Assembly: GCA_963729715.1 (NCBI GenBank)
Contig: CAVSPA010000002.1
Span: 1-40,819 of the forward strand
Direction of reading: 5' to 3'
Length of the DNA: 40,819 bases
DNA from: an uncultured delta proteobacterium
GTDB taxonomy: Bacteria; Desulfobacterota; Syntrophia; Syntrophales; UBA2185
Shown: positions 1 through 10,827 of the stretch, in pieces
Layout of the letters: the number at the start of each line of letters is the position of its first letter
Position numbering within the stretch: the stretch's first letter is position 1
Translations under genes and position numbers: made by a program
The notes under the pieces: model-generated
Databases searched by the model: none
The model's input: only the letters and a program-made list of their open reading frames with translations
What the model was told of the DNA's origin: nothing

Positions 1-197
1 AAGGACCCGTTCCTCACAACCATGCGCCGACCACCATTATCTCTCGCATCCTTGAAACTCTCAATGTACTCACTTATCTCATTCTCTATGGCCGCCTGCA
101 ACATCCGACAGGCGCCTTCCCGGATAATTAACTCCAATGCGCTTTTTGATTCTTCTTTAACTTGCTTTTCCAGATAATCTCGTTCATTATTCTCCAT
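1..197 (-). CDS. IS256-family transposase, N-terminal part (runs off window)
   Basis: Manual translation from ATG at 197: MENNERDYLEKQVKEESKSALELIIREGACRMLQAAIENEISEYIESFKDARDNGGRRMVVRNGS, resembling the IS256 N-terminus (IREGARRMLQAAIE...VVRNG). Confidence 0.85.
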   Translation of the reverse strand, partial: MENNERDYLEKQVKEESKSALELIIREGACRMLQAAIENEISEYIESFKDARDNGGRRMVVRNGS

Positions 198-304
198 GGG
201 CGTATCCTTCTTTCTCCCCTCTCGCCAAGGGGGCTTTAAGTTAAACTACACTTATTTAGGATACGCCTTCTTTTTATCCTGTCCACAACTTTGGGTTATA
301 TCTC
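1..304 (-). mobile_element. Left end of an IS256-family element
   Basis: Minus strand from 304 reads GAGATATAACCCAAAGTTGTGGAC, like an IS256 terminal IR. Inverted repeat GGCGTATCCT/AGGATACGCC lies upstream of the start codon. The other end is outside the window. Confidence 0.7.
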
Positions 305-358
305 GGGTGCCATTGCCTGATTACTGAAACCCCGTTTCACAGAGGAGAGCGGGGTTTT
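305..358 (+). promoter_or_regulatory. Repeated leader/terminator unit, copy 1 (5' part cut off by IS256)
   Basis: GGT-N9-TGATTA-N2-GAAACCCCGTT...GCGGGGTTTT, same spacing as copies at 5128-5290 and 10828-10990. Confidence 0.65.
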
Positions 359-464
359 GTATTTTAAGGGGTAACAAGTTTCTTGTGGTATCGCTTTTTA
401 CTTTTTTAAACTTGTTTGGATGAATAAGTCAGCAGTCTCAATCGTGTAATCACAAGGAGGGAAC

Positions 465-1265
465 ATGCCTATTACACAAGTCGGTTCGTATACTGTGTAC
501 TATGATGAGTTCGGTAGTGGTCATCCGCTGATCCTGGTTAGTGGCTTGTCCCGTTCGCGCCTGATCTGGTGGAAACAGCTCGAGCCTTTCGCCAGGAAAT
601 TCCGCGTTATCAACATGGACAATCGCGATGCGGGCGATAGTTCGCCCGGCACAGGCTCTTACACGATTGCCGATATGGCAGGTGATGTTGCAGGCGTAAT
701 CAATAATCTAAACCTAGGTCGCACGCACATCGTTGGCATTTCGATGGGTGGTATGATCGCGCAAGAGTTGGCGATTCGTTATCCTGAACTCGTAGATAGG
801 TTAGTTCTTATTGCAACCACTGCTGGTGGATCATCCGCTGTTGGAGCCAATCCGGAAACTATCGCACTGCTGATGAGTAAAGTAGGTGAGGATATCGAGA
901 CGAGTGTGCGGCGCATTTTACCAGTGATCACAGGTGAAGGTTATATGGACAAGCATCCAGAAGATCTAAATCAAATCGTCAAAGACTCTCTCGCTAAGCC
1001 GATGTCACTCGAATCGTATCAGCGGCAATTAGGCGCGTGCATGATGCATGTTAGCCAGGGCGTGGCCGATCAGCTCCTGAGGATCACTGCACCAACATTG
1101 GTTATTCACGGAGATTACGATCCGCTCATTCCTTATCCGAACGGCGAATACTTGGCATCGCACATCAAAGGTGCACGACTCTCGACCTATCCTAGTGTCG
1201 GACATGTGGTGATGGTTGAATCACCCGATCGATTTAATCGAGAGGTAATTGAATTTCTGGAATAA
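465..1265 (+). CDS. Alpha/beta fold hydrolase
   Basis: GISMGG nucleophile elbow, HGDYD and GH catalytic motifs; AGGAGG RBS. Confidence 0.92.
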   Translation: MPITQVGSYTVYYDEFGSGHPLILVSGLSRSRLIWWKQLEPFARKFRVINMDNRDAGDSSPGTGSYTIADMAGDVAGVINNLNLGRTHIVGISMGGMIAQELAIRYPELVDRLVLIATTAGGSSAVGANPETIALLMSKVGEDIETSVRRILPVITGEGYMDKHPEDLNQIVKDSLAKPMSLESYQRQLGACMMHVSQGVADQLLRITAPTLVIHGDYDPLIPYPNGEYLASHIKGARLSTYPSVGHVVMVESPDRFNREVIEFLE

Positions 1266-1816
1266 GACTTTGATAAGAAGAGAAGATTGTCTTCTTCCTT
1301 GTTGTTTTTCTGATTCTGTTCGTCCATACTACATTTCAATCGGAGATGAATGAAAGCCTTAACTGATAAGGATCTTCGGTGATGCATGCTGTGAATCCTT
1401 GCAGAGCCTGCCTTGGCCGCATCATCGCTCTGAAAGCGGCGCTAACGCTCTACTGACAGAAGCGTAACGTGGCTTTTCTCTGCAGGCGGTGATTACAGGC
1501 GAGGCCATTGCTGGAAACAAGCAATGACGCACCTTCGGAGAGCGCCCGTAACAGGGATGAACATACTTGTTGATAAGATTGTTGATGACCATGTTGATGA
1601 ATCACAAAAACCATCAATTATCGATTATTTTACCCTCTTTGCGTGAATCTTAGGCAAGGGAATTAATGAATAATTAAAACGGGCTGTTGTGTCGGAGCAG
1701 GTGTTTTCAGCCAAGCACTTCTTCCTGTAACAAAGCATCCAGTGATTTTGACAGACATGCACCTTTCAAACGGTTATCAGTGAATTTGTCTTTTAGTGCC
1801 ACTCCACGCCGGAATC

Positions 1817-3199
1817 TTATATGTTAGATATATTGGACCAACTTTTGCCTGCCGGCATGAGGAAAACGAGAGGGAGAGCACAAAGGAGTCCAAACCCGAA
1901 AGAGGAAAAAGTAATCCTGAAGCCAAGCTGATAACTTCCGCTTACGTGAAGGATAAAAGTAGTGAGAGAGACTCCCAAGGCGCCACCGACGGTGCGAAAC
2001 ATACCCCGAAGGCCCACGATGCTGGCCACCTTCTCAGGCATCAGTTCGATACATGCATTATTGGCAGCAGGCAGCGCGATTCCCACACCGATCCCCATAA
2101 TGAGTATCAGCAGAGAGAGTGTTTCTGGAACCCCCAGCTGAAAACCAATCATCCTCCAGATGGGGAGGTCTTGTCCCAGAAGGATAATTGATAAAGAAGC
2201 AATAATGAAACCAATGAACATTGGCTTCCGGTATCCCCATCGCCTAAGCAGAAAGGCGGTGACGGCCGAAGCGGGAATCATTCCGAGGGATCGTGGAGTC
2301 AGAATCATCCCGCTTATCAACGTTGATAGCTTATAAACCGAGGTGGCATAAAGAGGGATGAAAGCAAAAGTGCCGAAGATTATCGCGCCCATTAAGAGAT
2401 TCAATAAATTTGCCGCCAAAAAAGGAGTTGATTTCAAGAGAGCGATATCGAGGATGGGGTTTGTTTCTCTCTTTTCCTGTTGAAAGAATAAGGCAAGTAG
2501 AAGTAAGCTGAAGCCGGTGAAGAGCGCAGCTACAACAAAATAGAGAGGAGAAAAGCTTTCTGCGATGATGTTCATGCCTAGCATCAGAAATAGTATGGCT
2601 CCGCTCATGAAAAAGGCCCCCTTGAAGTCTATGTGGGGCGGGGAATGAACCTTAGAGTCCTTGAGGAGAGTCATGATCAGGACAATCAAAATGACACCGA
2701 TTGGAAGATTGATATAGAAGATGTAACGCCAGGAATAGTTGGCCACAATCCATCCCCCCAGGTTCGGTCCCACAATCCCGCCTATGGGGAAGATGCTTGT
2801 AAAAAGGCCTATCATCCTTTCCCGGTTCTCGGGGAAATAGTCACTCACGATTCCTGATGCACTGGGAAGAAAGCTGGCTCCTCCAATCCCTTGGAGGGCT
2901 CTGAAGGCAACAAGGGTATAGATATTGCCTGCAAGGCCGCAGGCAAGGGAACTGGCAGTGAAGAGTATAAGTGAAATGAGAAAAACCTTTTTCCTGCCGA
3001 ATATATCGCTTAGATTTCCTGCCAGCGGCATTGCCGTTGTGATTCCGATAAAGTAGATGGAGATAGTCCACGAAGCCCAAATAACATTTACACCCAGCTC
3101 TTTCATAAAGCTGGGAAAGGCCACGGCCACAATGGTACTATCTATGGAGTACATGAGGAGACCAAACGAAGCAATGGCGAAAATGAGGTAGCGCCGCAT
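1817..3199 (-). CDS. MFS drug:H+ antiporter (DHA2/EmrB-QacA-like)
   Basis: About 14 hydrophobic segments; GNLSDIFGRKK motif A, RALQGIGG, GPNLGG, WRYIFYINLPIG. Confidence 0.92.
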   Translation of the reverse strand: MRRYLIFAIASFGLLMYSIDSTIVAVAFPSFMKELGVNVIWASWTISIYFIGITTAMPLAGNLSDIFGRKKVFLISLILFTASSLACGLAGNIYTLVAFRALQGIGGASFLPSASGIVSDYFPENRERMIGLFTSIFPIGGIVGPNLGGWIVANYSWRYIFYINLPIGVILIVLIMTLLKDSKVHSPPHIDFKGAFFMSGAILFLMLGMNIIAESFSPLYFVVAALFTGFSLLLLALFFQQEKRETNPILDIALLKSTPFLAANLLNLLMGAIIFGTFAFIPLYATSVYKLSTLISGMILTPRSLGMIPASAVTAFLLRRWGYRKPMFIGFIIASLSIILLGQDLPIWRMIGFQLGVPETLSLLILIMGIGVGIALPAANNACIELMPEKVASIVGLRGMFRTVGGALGVSLTTFILHVSGSYQLGFRITFSSFGFGLLCALPLVFLMPAGKSWSNISNI

Positions 3200-3237
3200 C
3201 TGAAGAAACGTCCGTAAAGTTAAGAATGATGGATTTC

Positions 3238-3266
3238 ATGATAGCTACACTATATGAAAGGGTCAA
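3238..3266 (-). promoter_or_regulatory. Putative sigma70 promoter of the MFS gene
   Basis: Minus strand TTGACC-N17-TATCAT about 40 bp upstream of the start. Confidence 0.55.
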
Positions 3267-3482
3267 TAACAATTTCTATAAACTGTAAACGAGAGATTAA
3301 CGGTGTGAAACGTAGGTCGTCTATTTGATGATAACGAGCAGAAAACACGGGGATGACATTTCAACTGGTATGAAGTGGAGTTCCGGGAAGATGCCTATAT
3401 GAACATTCAATGGAATTATTTGTCCTTTTGGAGGTTCTCATGATTTTGTCTATTATATACTGTCAGAAAGGGGGAAAAGATC

Positions 3483-4151
3483 ATGGCTGCAAAAAAGATG
3501 AACATTACCATTTGGGGACTCATAGGTATTTTATTAATTTTATTGTCGCTCATCGGGCTAACCTGCTTCGGCACTCCGGCTTGGACGGCCGACGCTAAGC
3601 AAAAGATATCGAAGTCAGGCATCCCCTATCGTCCGGGTAACGCCCAGGCGGGGCCCGAAGATCTGGTCAACGCTATCCGCGCCCGCCGTCCCGGCGGCAA
3701 GCTGCTGAACTTAGACCGTATGCTACTGCAGAGCCCAGCCTTTGCGCGGGGTTGGAACACGATGTTCGCGGCGATCCGGGGCAAGCTGGCGCTGTCCCCG
3801 AAGCTGCGGGAACTGTCAATCATGGCAACCGGCGTCATTAACAAAGCCAACTACGAGTGGGTGCAGCATGCGCCGGAATTTCGAGCTGCGGGCGGCACCA
3901 AGGCCCAGATGGAAGCGCTGAAGGATATGTCCGCCGCCATCAACAATACCAAGCTATTCGATGAGTCTGAGCGCGCCACGCTGGCGCTGACCTACGAGAT
4001 GACGCGCAACATCACCGTCGCGGACACAACTATGGCGCGAGTGCGCGCCATCTTGCCGGACCAACAGGTAGTGGAGCTGGTGGGAACCATTGCAGGCTAT
4101 AACATGGTGTCGCGCTTCTTGGTGGCCACAGGAATCGAAGTGGAAGAATGA
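3483..4151 (+). CDS. Carboxymuconolactone decarboxylase/AhpD-like protein with signal peptide
   Basis: LRELSIM...YEWVQH, ERATLALTYEMT and IAGYNMVSRF motifs; hydrophobic N-terminus. Confidence 0.85.
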   Translation: MAAKKMNITIWGLIGILLILLSLIGLTCFGTPAWTADAKQKISKSGIPYRPGNAQAGPEDLVNAIRARRPGGKLLNLDRMLLQSPAFARGWNTMFAAIRGKLALSPKLRELSIMATGVINKANYEWVQHAPEFRAAGGTKAQMEALKDMSAAINNTKLFDESERATLALTYEMTRNITVADTTMARVRAILPDQQVVELVGTIAGYNMVSRFLVATGIEVEE

Positions 4152-4155
4152 GGGG

Positions 4156-4224
4156 ATTGTCTCGAAGGCAATTCTCAGACATCATGATCTGAAGACGAGC
4201 CAGGCTTATTTGGGTAAGGTGAGT
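4156..4224 (+). pseudogene. C-terminal fragment of a tyrosine recombinase
   Basis: Translates IVSKAILRHHDLKTSQAYLGKVS, matching the box II pattern L-R/G-H-x-x-L-x-T-T-Q-x-Y; no N-terminal part. Confidence 0.65.
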
Positions 4225-4231
4225 ATCAAGA

Positions 4232-4270
4232 CTAATGCAGCCGACGTAAAAAGCCGAGCGGCTGCATTAG
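4232..4270. repeat. Hairpin resembling an attC core remnant
   Basis: Perfect 12-bp stem CTAATGCAGCCG/CGGCTGCATTAG with an ACGTAAAAAGCCGAG loop; outer R boxes are missing. Confidence 0.4.
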
Positions 4271-4543
4271 CGGCTTTATCCAATCTTTCAACCCGCAATC
4301 ATCAACTCACGGATCAGGCTGCTATTGCAGATAAGTGAATACCGTTCTTGTAAAGCAACAATTGGATATCTTGTTTTGTTCTTCCTGTTGTTTTTTGATT
4401 TAAGCCGTCTCTACAACATTTCAATCAGTAATATTTAAAAAAAATACAGAACTCGAGCTTCAAATGTGGTACATGTATCTATAGAAGATCAACCCGTAAT
4501 TACATATTGGGAAAAGTGAATTAATGAATTCAGGAGAATTGTC

Positions 4544-5074
4544 ATGAAACCAATCGGGCCTATGATGTGGGAACACAGGTTAATTGAAAAAATGTTGAGG
4601 CTGTTTGATGGTGAAATTCAAAAGGTCAATGAAAGAAAGAAGGTAGATACCGTTTTTATCGATACAACTGTTGATTTTATCAAAACCTATGCGGACAGGA
4701 CTCATCATGGCAAAGAAGAGGATATACTTTTTCGGGAACTTGCAAAAAAGCAACTTTCAACAGAACACGCCAGAATTATGAACGAACTCGTCGAAGAGCA
4801 TAAATATGCAAGAAAGACTGTAGGCAAACTTGTGGCAGCCAAGGAGAGATATTTGACCGGTGAAAACACCTCTCAAGAGGTAATTGGTTGCCTGAAGGAA
4901 TTAGCCCGGTTCTATCCTCAACACATTGAAAAAGAAGATAAGCATTTCTTTTATCCCTGTATGAATTATTTTACGAAACAAGAACAGGATGCAATGCTTT
5001 TTGAATTCTATGAGTTCGACAGAAGGATGATTCACGAAAAATATAAAAAAGTGGTGGAAAGTTTAAGAGCATAA
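4544..5074 (+). CDS. Hemerythrin/HHE cation-binding domain protein
   Basis: EHRLI, HHGKEEDILF, EEH and HIEKED motifs; AGGAG RBS. Confidence 0.92.
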   Translation: MKPIGPMMWEHRLIEKMLRLFDGEIQKVNERKKVDTVFIDTTVDFIKTYADRTHHGKEEDILFRELAKKQLSTEHARIMNELVEEHKYARKTVGKLVAAKERYLTGENTSQEVIGCLKELARFYPQHIEKEDKHFFYPCMNYFTKQEQDAMLFEFYEFDRRMIHEKYKKVVESLRA

Positions 5075-5127
5075 ATAAAATGTAAAGTTGTGACAGAAAT
5101 AATCATCTTGTTGTTTTCTTCCTCGTT

Positions 5128-5290
5128 AAACTGCAATCTTCAATTCTCGTTGTAGATTTCAAATGGGATTCGTGATAATCACACAATCCATATGTAACGT
5201 CAAAGATTAAGATTCATAAACCCTTTAACATTGCGTGAGGGTACTATGGACTGATTAACGAAACCCCGTTATTCATTTAAGAGAACGCGG
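5128..5290 (+). promoter_or_regulatory. Repeated promoter-leader-terminator unit, copy 2 (terminator degenerate)
   Basis: TTGTAG-N18-GATAAT, then TGATTAACGAAACCCCGTT; colinear with 10828-10990. Confidence 0.6.
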
Positions 5291-5355
5291 CAAACACATT
5301 GGAGTCATCATTAATATGGCTTCATTTAACCACATGAGATCGGAGGTAATTTGAA

Positions 5356-6093
5356 ATGAGGTATTTTATTTGTGCATGCATCTTTTTGTTTTTCCCTTTC
5401 GTGACACTGAATGCTTGTTCCAATATTTCTTATTCCACCGTCAACGATGCAAAAGATCCTCGCGTAGATCATCAAGTAGCGGAAGTCGCTAAAGTCATTG
5501 AACATTTCCACTTCGTTTCTATTGGTAAACCTGGACCCGGTAACGCACCTGACTCTTTAAAGTATGGTCTTTATCGAGGAGCAGTTCCAATCATTGGACA
5601 AATCGGAAACCCGGCACAGTGGACATATGATCTACAGGAGAAATTGGATAAAGGCGTAAAAATTCTTCATGATGAGCTCCATATCAAAACTATTCTCGAC
5701 CTGGAGACAAACAATAGACTAATAGAAACTGAACGTAAAGCCGCTGATAAAAACGGGGTTACATTCATATCCATAAAACTTCCGGATTCAATCTTTAAAC
5801 CCTCGGATGAGCACATGAATCAAATCATAGCGATTCTCAAAGACCCGGGTTACTACCCCCTTTATGTCCACGATCGGCACAGCGAGGATCGTACTGGTTT
5901 GGTGATAGGCTTATACAGGCATCTCGTAGAAGGTATGCCCGCCGAGGAGGCATACCAGGAGATGAAACAGCTCGGATTCCATTCAATGGACGAGACGAAT
6001 TCTCAACTTGGACTCGACTGCTATTTCAGATCCGCTGTCGGAATGTCTGCACCAAGTAAATGTCAAACCGTGCCGACATATGACCCGTATTAA
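5356..6093 (+). CDS. Lipoprotein of the tyrosine/dual-specificity phosphatase fold, catalytic Cys replaced by Asp
   Basis: Lipobox LNAC; LYRGA, IKTILDL, YPLYVHDRHSEDRTG (canonical HCxxGxDRTG), AYQEMKQLGF. Confidence 0.8.
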   Translation: MRYFICACIFLFFPFVTLNACSNISYSTVNDAKDPRVDHQVAEVAKVIEHFHFVSIGKPGPGNAPDSLKYGLYRGAVPIIGQIGNPAQWTYDLQEKLDKGVKILHDELHIKTILDLETNNRLIETERKAADKNGVTFISIKLPDSIFKPSDEHMNQIIAILKDPGYYPLYVHDRHSEDRTGLVIGLYRHLVEGMPAEEAYQEMKQLGFHSMDETNSQLGLDCYFRSAVGMSAPSKCQTVPTYDPY

Positions 6094-6190
6094 ACTCATC
6101 TACAGAGCAGTCAACAGAAGTCGCTGAAAATGAAAATCGGTAGCATTTCGATGCAACTGGTTAGTTATTCGTTATTCCTGACAAAGGCGC

Positions 6191-6334
6191 CCGACCCCGC
6201 CAGCGGGTCACGAGGCCAACTGGGTGCAGACGGTTCCCGGCAAAGGCTGGAACGTTCTGATTGGCATTTACGGCCCTCTCCAACCGTGGTTCAACAAGAC
6301 TTGGCGACCGGGAGCGTTCGAACTCCAACCGTAA
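6191..6334 (+). pseudogene. C-terminal fragment of a DUF1214/DUF1254-family gene
   Basis: Manual translation PTPPAGHEANWVQTVPGKGWNVLIGIYGPLQPWFNKTWRPGAFELQP*; no start codon. Confidence 0.75.
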
Positions 6335-6362
6335 CTCACCGGCACCGCTTATAGGTGGAAGC

Positions 6363-6419
6363 GTTGAACAAGCGGCGCTACACTTGCCGTTTGTGTGCCG
6401 GTTAGCGCGAGCGTTATAC
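6363..6419 (+). other. Degenerate attC site
   Basis: TGAAC...CGCTA...TAGCG...GTTATAC: AAC/GTT ends with internal complementary boxes, just after a gene 3' end. Confidence 0.5.
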
Positions 6420-6507
6420 CCGATTTCAATCGGAAATATTCAGACCATATAGAGGACTTATCTTCTCTCTTTGCAGGTAGACGCAATGACTTTGGCAAAT
6501 TCGGTAT

Positions 6508-6535
6508 TTTTAAGAATATTACCATTCTCTTAAAG
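6508..6535 (-). repeat. dif-like 11-6-11 site, copy 1
   Basis: Reverse complement CTTTAAGAGAA TGGTAA TATTCTTAAAA; both flanks are homologous to those of copy 2. Confidence 0.7.
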
Positions 6536-6589
6536 ATAACCAGATATTTCGTGATATTTCCTTAGACATCTGTTACTAAATCAGAATAG

Positions 6590-6835
6590 ATGAATCTGGC
6601 TATCATATTAGTGATTATTTGTTTGCTCAACCTCCCCTTCGGATACTGGCGGGGTCACGTGAGGACGTTTTCATTTCCGTGGATTCTCGCAGTTCATCTG
6701 CCGGTTCCTCTCGTAATTATTGTGCGTATACTTGGCGGGGTTGGCTGGCATATTCAAACGTTTCCCTTATTGGCTGGGGCTTATTTTGTGGGACAGTACT
6801 TGGGAGGCAACCTTTATACTCAGTTGAAGAAGTGA
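6590..6835 (+). CDS. Small hypothetical membrane protein
   Basis: Three hydrophobic segments; NLPFGYWR and AVHLPVP motifs. Confidence 0.75.
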   Translation: MNLAIILVIICLLNLPFGYWRGHVRTFSFPWILAVHLPVPLVIIVRILGGVGWHIQTFPLLAGAYFVGQYLGGNLYTQLKK

Positions 6836-7393
6836 AATTGACAAAATACATTCCTGCCAGCTCCTTCCCATAATCATCAGGTATCAACCCACCCCCAGTA
6901 AAGATTACGGATTGAGATCTTCAACTCGACTACTGGATTACACCAGCTTGTATCAACAGAATGTTCTTATACGGTGCTTCTATATTTACTAAAAACCGCA
7001 GTCTCCTGCGTATTTCATACTAAACAGATTCCCGGAACATCGAATTTACGTTTTTAACCATAACAAATTATTCCGGGATTGTGGCTGATTTTACGGATTC
7101 AATGTAAATACAATGATGCTGGAGGGATACTGATAACTGGTTGTAATCTTTATAGGAACAATTTCAGTTACGATAGATGGGGTGGGTGAGTAGAACTTGC
7201 TGTTATCACTAAGAATATGATTTCTGGAAATATACAAGCATTCAATCGTTAATCAATAATCGCTTCTTGACTGAAACACATATCAGTTTTTGCCAATCTC
7301 AATTACATTTCTAACGGATATAATTCAAAAACATAGAATTCTAAGTTAACTTGTTGTACAGAATAAGAGACAGCTTAGGTGGAAGGTTCGTGT

Positions 7394-7960
7394 ATGCGAG
7401 TAAACATCTTTGGCAGAGGCATAGACAGGATGCCTGATCTGGCATTCAGGATAATGGCCTTGATGTTTAAGATAAGAGATACATTTATCCAAAAGGACAA
7501 GCTTCTGGATGAATTTGGCATCCACCAAGGTCAGAGCGTTGTTGATTATGGATGTGGGCCGGGATCATATATCAGAAAAGCATCTGAACTGGTGGGCAGT
7601 GGGGGTAAGGTCTATGCAATTGATATTCATGAACTGGCAATTGAATCTATCAAGAAACGCATCTCAAAAGAAAATCTGCACAATGTAACCGCGCTGGTAG
7701 CCTCGAAGGAAAGATGCCCATTGAACGATAACAGCATCAACATTATCTATGCTCTGGATATGTTCCATATGGTTGCAAATCCGATAATATTCTTAAAAGA
7801 GCTTAACCGGATATGCAAGCCTGACGGGGTCTTGTTTATAGATAACGGTCATCAGAAACGGGATACGGCTAAGACAAAGATCAGTGCCTCGGAAGCCTGG
7901 GAAATTATGGAAGAGAAGCGGCGATATATGAAATGCAGGCCCATTAAATTAAATAGATGA
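7394..7960 (+). CDS. Class I SAM-dependent methyltransferase
   Basis: VVDYGCGPG motif I, VYAIDI, KPDGVLFI; ATG 7394 follows a GGAAGG RBS. Confidence 0.9.
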   Translation: MRVNIFGRGIDRMPDLAFRIMALMFKIRDTFIQKDKLLDEFGIHQGQSVVDYGCGPGSYIRKASELVGSGGKVYAIDIHELAIESIKKRISKENLHNVTALVASKERCPLNDNSINIIYALDMFHMVANPIIFLKELNRICKPDGVLFIDNGHQKRDTAKTKISASEAWEIMEEKRRYMKCRPIKLNR

Positions 7961-8475
7961 GAATACTTTTTGCAAAAGTTATCATTTTCATCGTATTAGT
8001 CCCGGGGACTGTCGTCGCGATTGTGCCGTATATCATATTGCGCCGATCTGGTGTGATACATTGGCCGGGTATATCGGTAATAGGGAGCCTCGCAGGCTTT
8101 TGGGGAATTGTTTGTGCAGGCCTTTCTCTCTATTGTGCATGGGAATTTGCGGTTCACGGGCATGGAACACCCGCGCCAATCGATCCGCCGCAGGTTCTTG
8201 TAACCCAGGGACTCTATAAGTTCAACAGGAATCCGATGTACGTTGGCATCGTTGGCGTAATTCTGTCGGAAGCGCTGTTTTTCGGGAGTTTGTCATTGCT
8301 CATATTCGCCATTGTTTTGTGGTTTGGGTTCCATCTCTTCATCATCTTCTACGAAGAACCGCATCTTCGGCGTAAATTCGGTACATCATATCAGGAATAC
8401 TGTCGAAGAGTGCCCCGGTGGGGAATAGCTCTCCGGTCATTCCGAATCTTCTTCACCAGTATTTTTATCTATTAG
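7957..8475 (+). CDS. Isoprenylcysteine carboxyl/phospholipid methyltransferase family membrane protein
   Basis: GTPAPIDPP, GLYKFNRNPMYVG, EEPHLRRKFG..Y..Y...VPRW; ATGA overlap with the upstream gene. Confidence 0.9.
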   Translation: MRILFAKVIIFIVLVPGTVVAIVPYIILRRSGVIHWPGISVIGSLAGFWGIVCAGLSLYCAWEFAVHGHGTPAPIDPPQVLVTQGLYKFNRNPMYVGIVGVILSEALFFGSLSLLIFAIVLWFGFHLFIIFYEEPHLRRKFGTSYQEYCRRVPRWGIALRSFRIFFTSIFIY

Positions 8476-8548
8476 TTCCATCCGTAATCCTGATGAAAGC
8501 CCAGCACCAAACAGTTGGTAGCAACTGTGTTTCACGTCAAGTAGTATT

Positions 8549-9700
<1,152 letters not shown>

Positions 9701-9986
9701 AATGATTTTGATTATACAAGGTGGACACGAGAGCCGGTGCATTTCCTATTTTCATTGATCGAGCTTACGCAGTTCCGGTCGTAACATGCAGACCTGAAGC
9801 TCCCATTTCTTTACTGACGACAAAAAATAAATACCTTCCTATAATGTCGTTTTTCTAATTGAGACAGCGGATACTATATTTCAAATGGGAACAAACGAAG
9901 AAGCCGCAACCTTTATTAGCTTGCGGTGCGATATCCGGACTTGCAAACTAAAGAGGACTTTCTTTGATTACTCAAATAAATTTAGG

Positions 9987-10029
9987 ACAGCACCCGGTTC
10001 CTACTTTTCTTGTCAAAAACGGGTGCTGT
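9987..10029. terminator. Stem-loop, possible terminator
   Basis: 10-bp stem ACAGCACCCG/CGGGTGCTGT downstream of the minus-strand gene ending at 10109; loop is long. Confidence 0.35.
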
Positions 10030-10108
10030 TCTTGTGATGGCTTCAGCTAAGGATGCGTAACGGAAGCGCATCTCCATCCTTTGCTATTTAAAGCTTGGTT
10101 GCTGAGCT

Positions 10109-10429
10109 CTATCTGCTTCCACCAGAAGTCGGTCCATGAGTATTCGATCCACCAGTAGTCGGTCCATGCTCCCAGTAATCTGATGAAAAGATCTTGCCAT
10201 CCTTAACAACTACCTTGTCGCCAACCTTCCATGGAGTTTGCCCATTGACGGTAATGGTTTGTACTTTGCCTTTCTCGTCCTTCACAGTCACAGTGACTTT
10301 ATTGCCGCTGCTCTTGGTCTCACCGGTAACCGTCCCGAAAACAATGAAGCTGTCGGTTGCCGCCAAACAGAAACCCACTACGCTCAGAACAAAAACTGCT
10401 GCAACAACCAAAACAAAAAACTTCTTCAT
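10109..10429 (-). CDS. Small secreted beta-rich protein with C-terminal HGPT(T/S)GGS repeat
   Basis: MKK plus hydrophobic signal peptide; GAGG RBS; duplicated motif at 30-bp spacing. Confidence 0.8.
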   Translation of the reverse strand: MKKFFVLVVAAVFVLSVVGFCLAATDSFIVFGTVTGETKSSGNKVTVTVKDEKGKVQTITVNGQTPWKVGDKVVVKDGKIFSSDYWEHGPTTGGSNTHGPTSGGSR

Positions 10430-10827
10430 ATGATTTTACCTCCTCTCCCGTAATTTAGGTCTGTTTTTAGATCTGTGTCACTGTACGTTAACTAGGGATA
10501 GGCCAACTTAACTGTTGAATTGATGGAAACCTGACTATGATTGTGAGGAACATAGTTGAAAGCCTCACCGTATGCTTAAGGGTACGTTAACTCGTTGTCA
10601 AGTCATTTTGGGGATATTTAGAGTATGCCATGGGAGGAAGAGGCGTATTCAAGCTTATAATTGGTAATATTCATTTTCCCCTATGCATTAATGGTCAAAC
10701 TTTTGGCAGTGATAACCAGCACAGTCCATATTTATTCTGTCTCACCTATTCAGTTCGGGTTGTAACGTGCAAATATTCAAGCGTGTATTTTCGTGATGAA
10801 GACGTTATCCGCTCCTTCCTTGTCCAC

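Noticed and set aside
1493..1551. c-di-GMP-I, fluoride or Moco riboswitch
   Set aside because: Invariant cores (GCAAA/GCAAAG, GGCGATG..TGATG, CCTAA) are missing; kept only as an unassigned structure.
1333..6432. ATTTCAATC words resembling the start of CRISPR repeats
   Set aside because: Copies are kilobases apart, with no repeat-spacer periodicity and no cas genes.
4090..6452. Listed ORFs 4090-4338, 6130-6354 and 6261-6452 as genes
   Set aside because: Read-throughs or wrong frames over recombinase and DUF1214 fragments and attC-like sequence.
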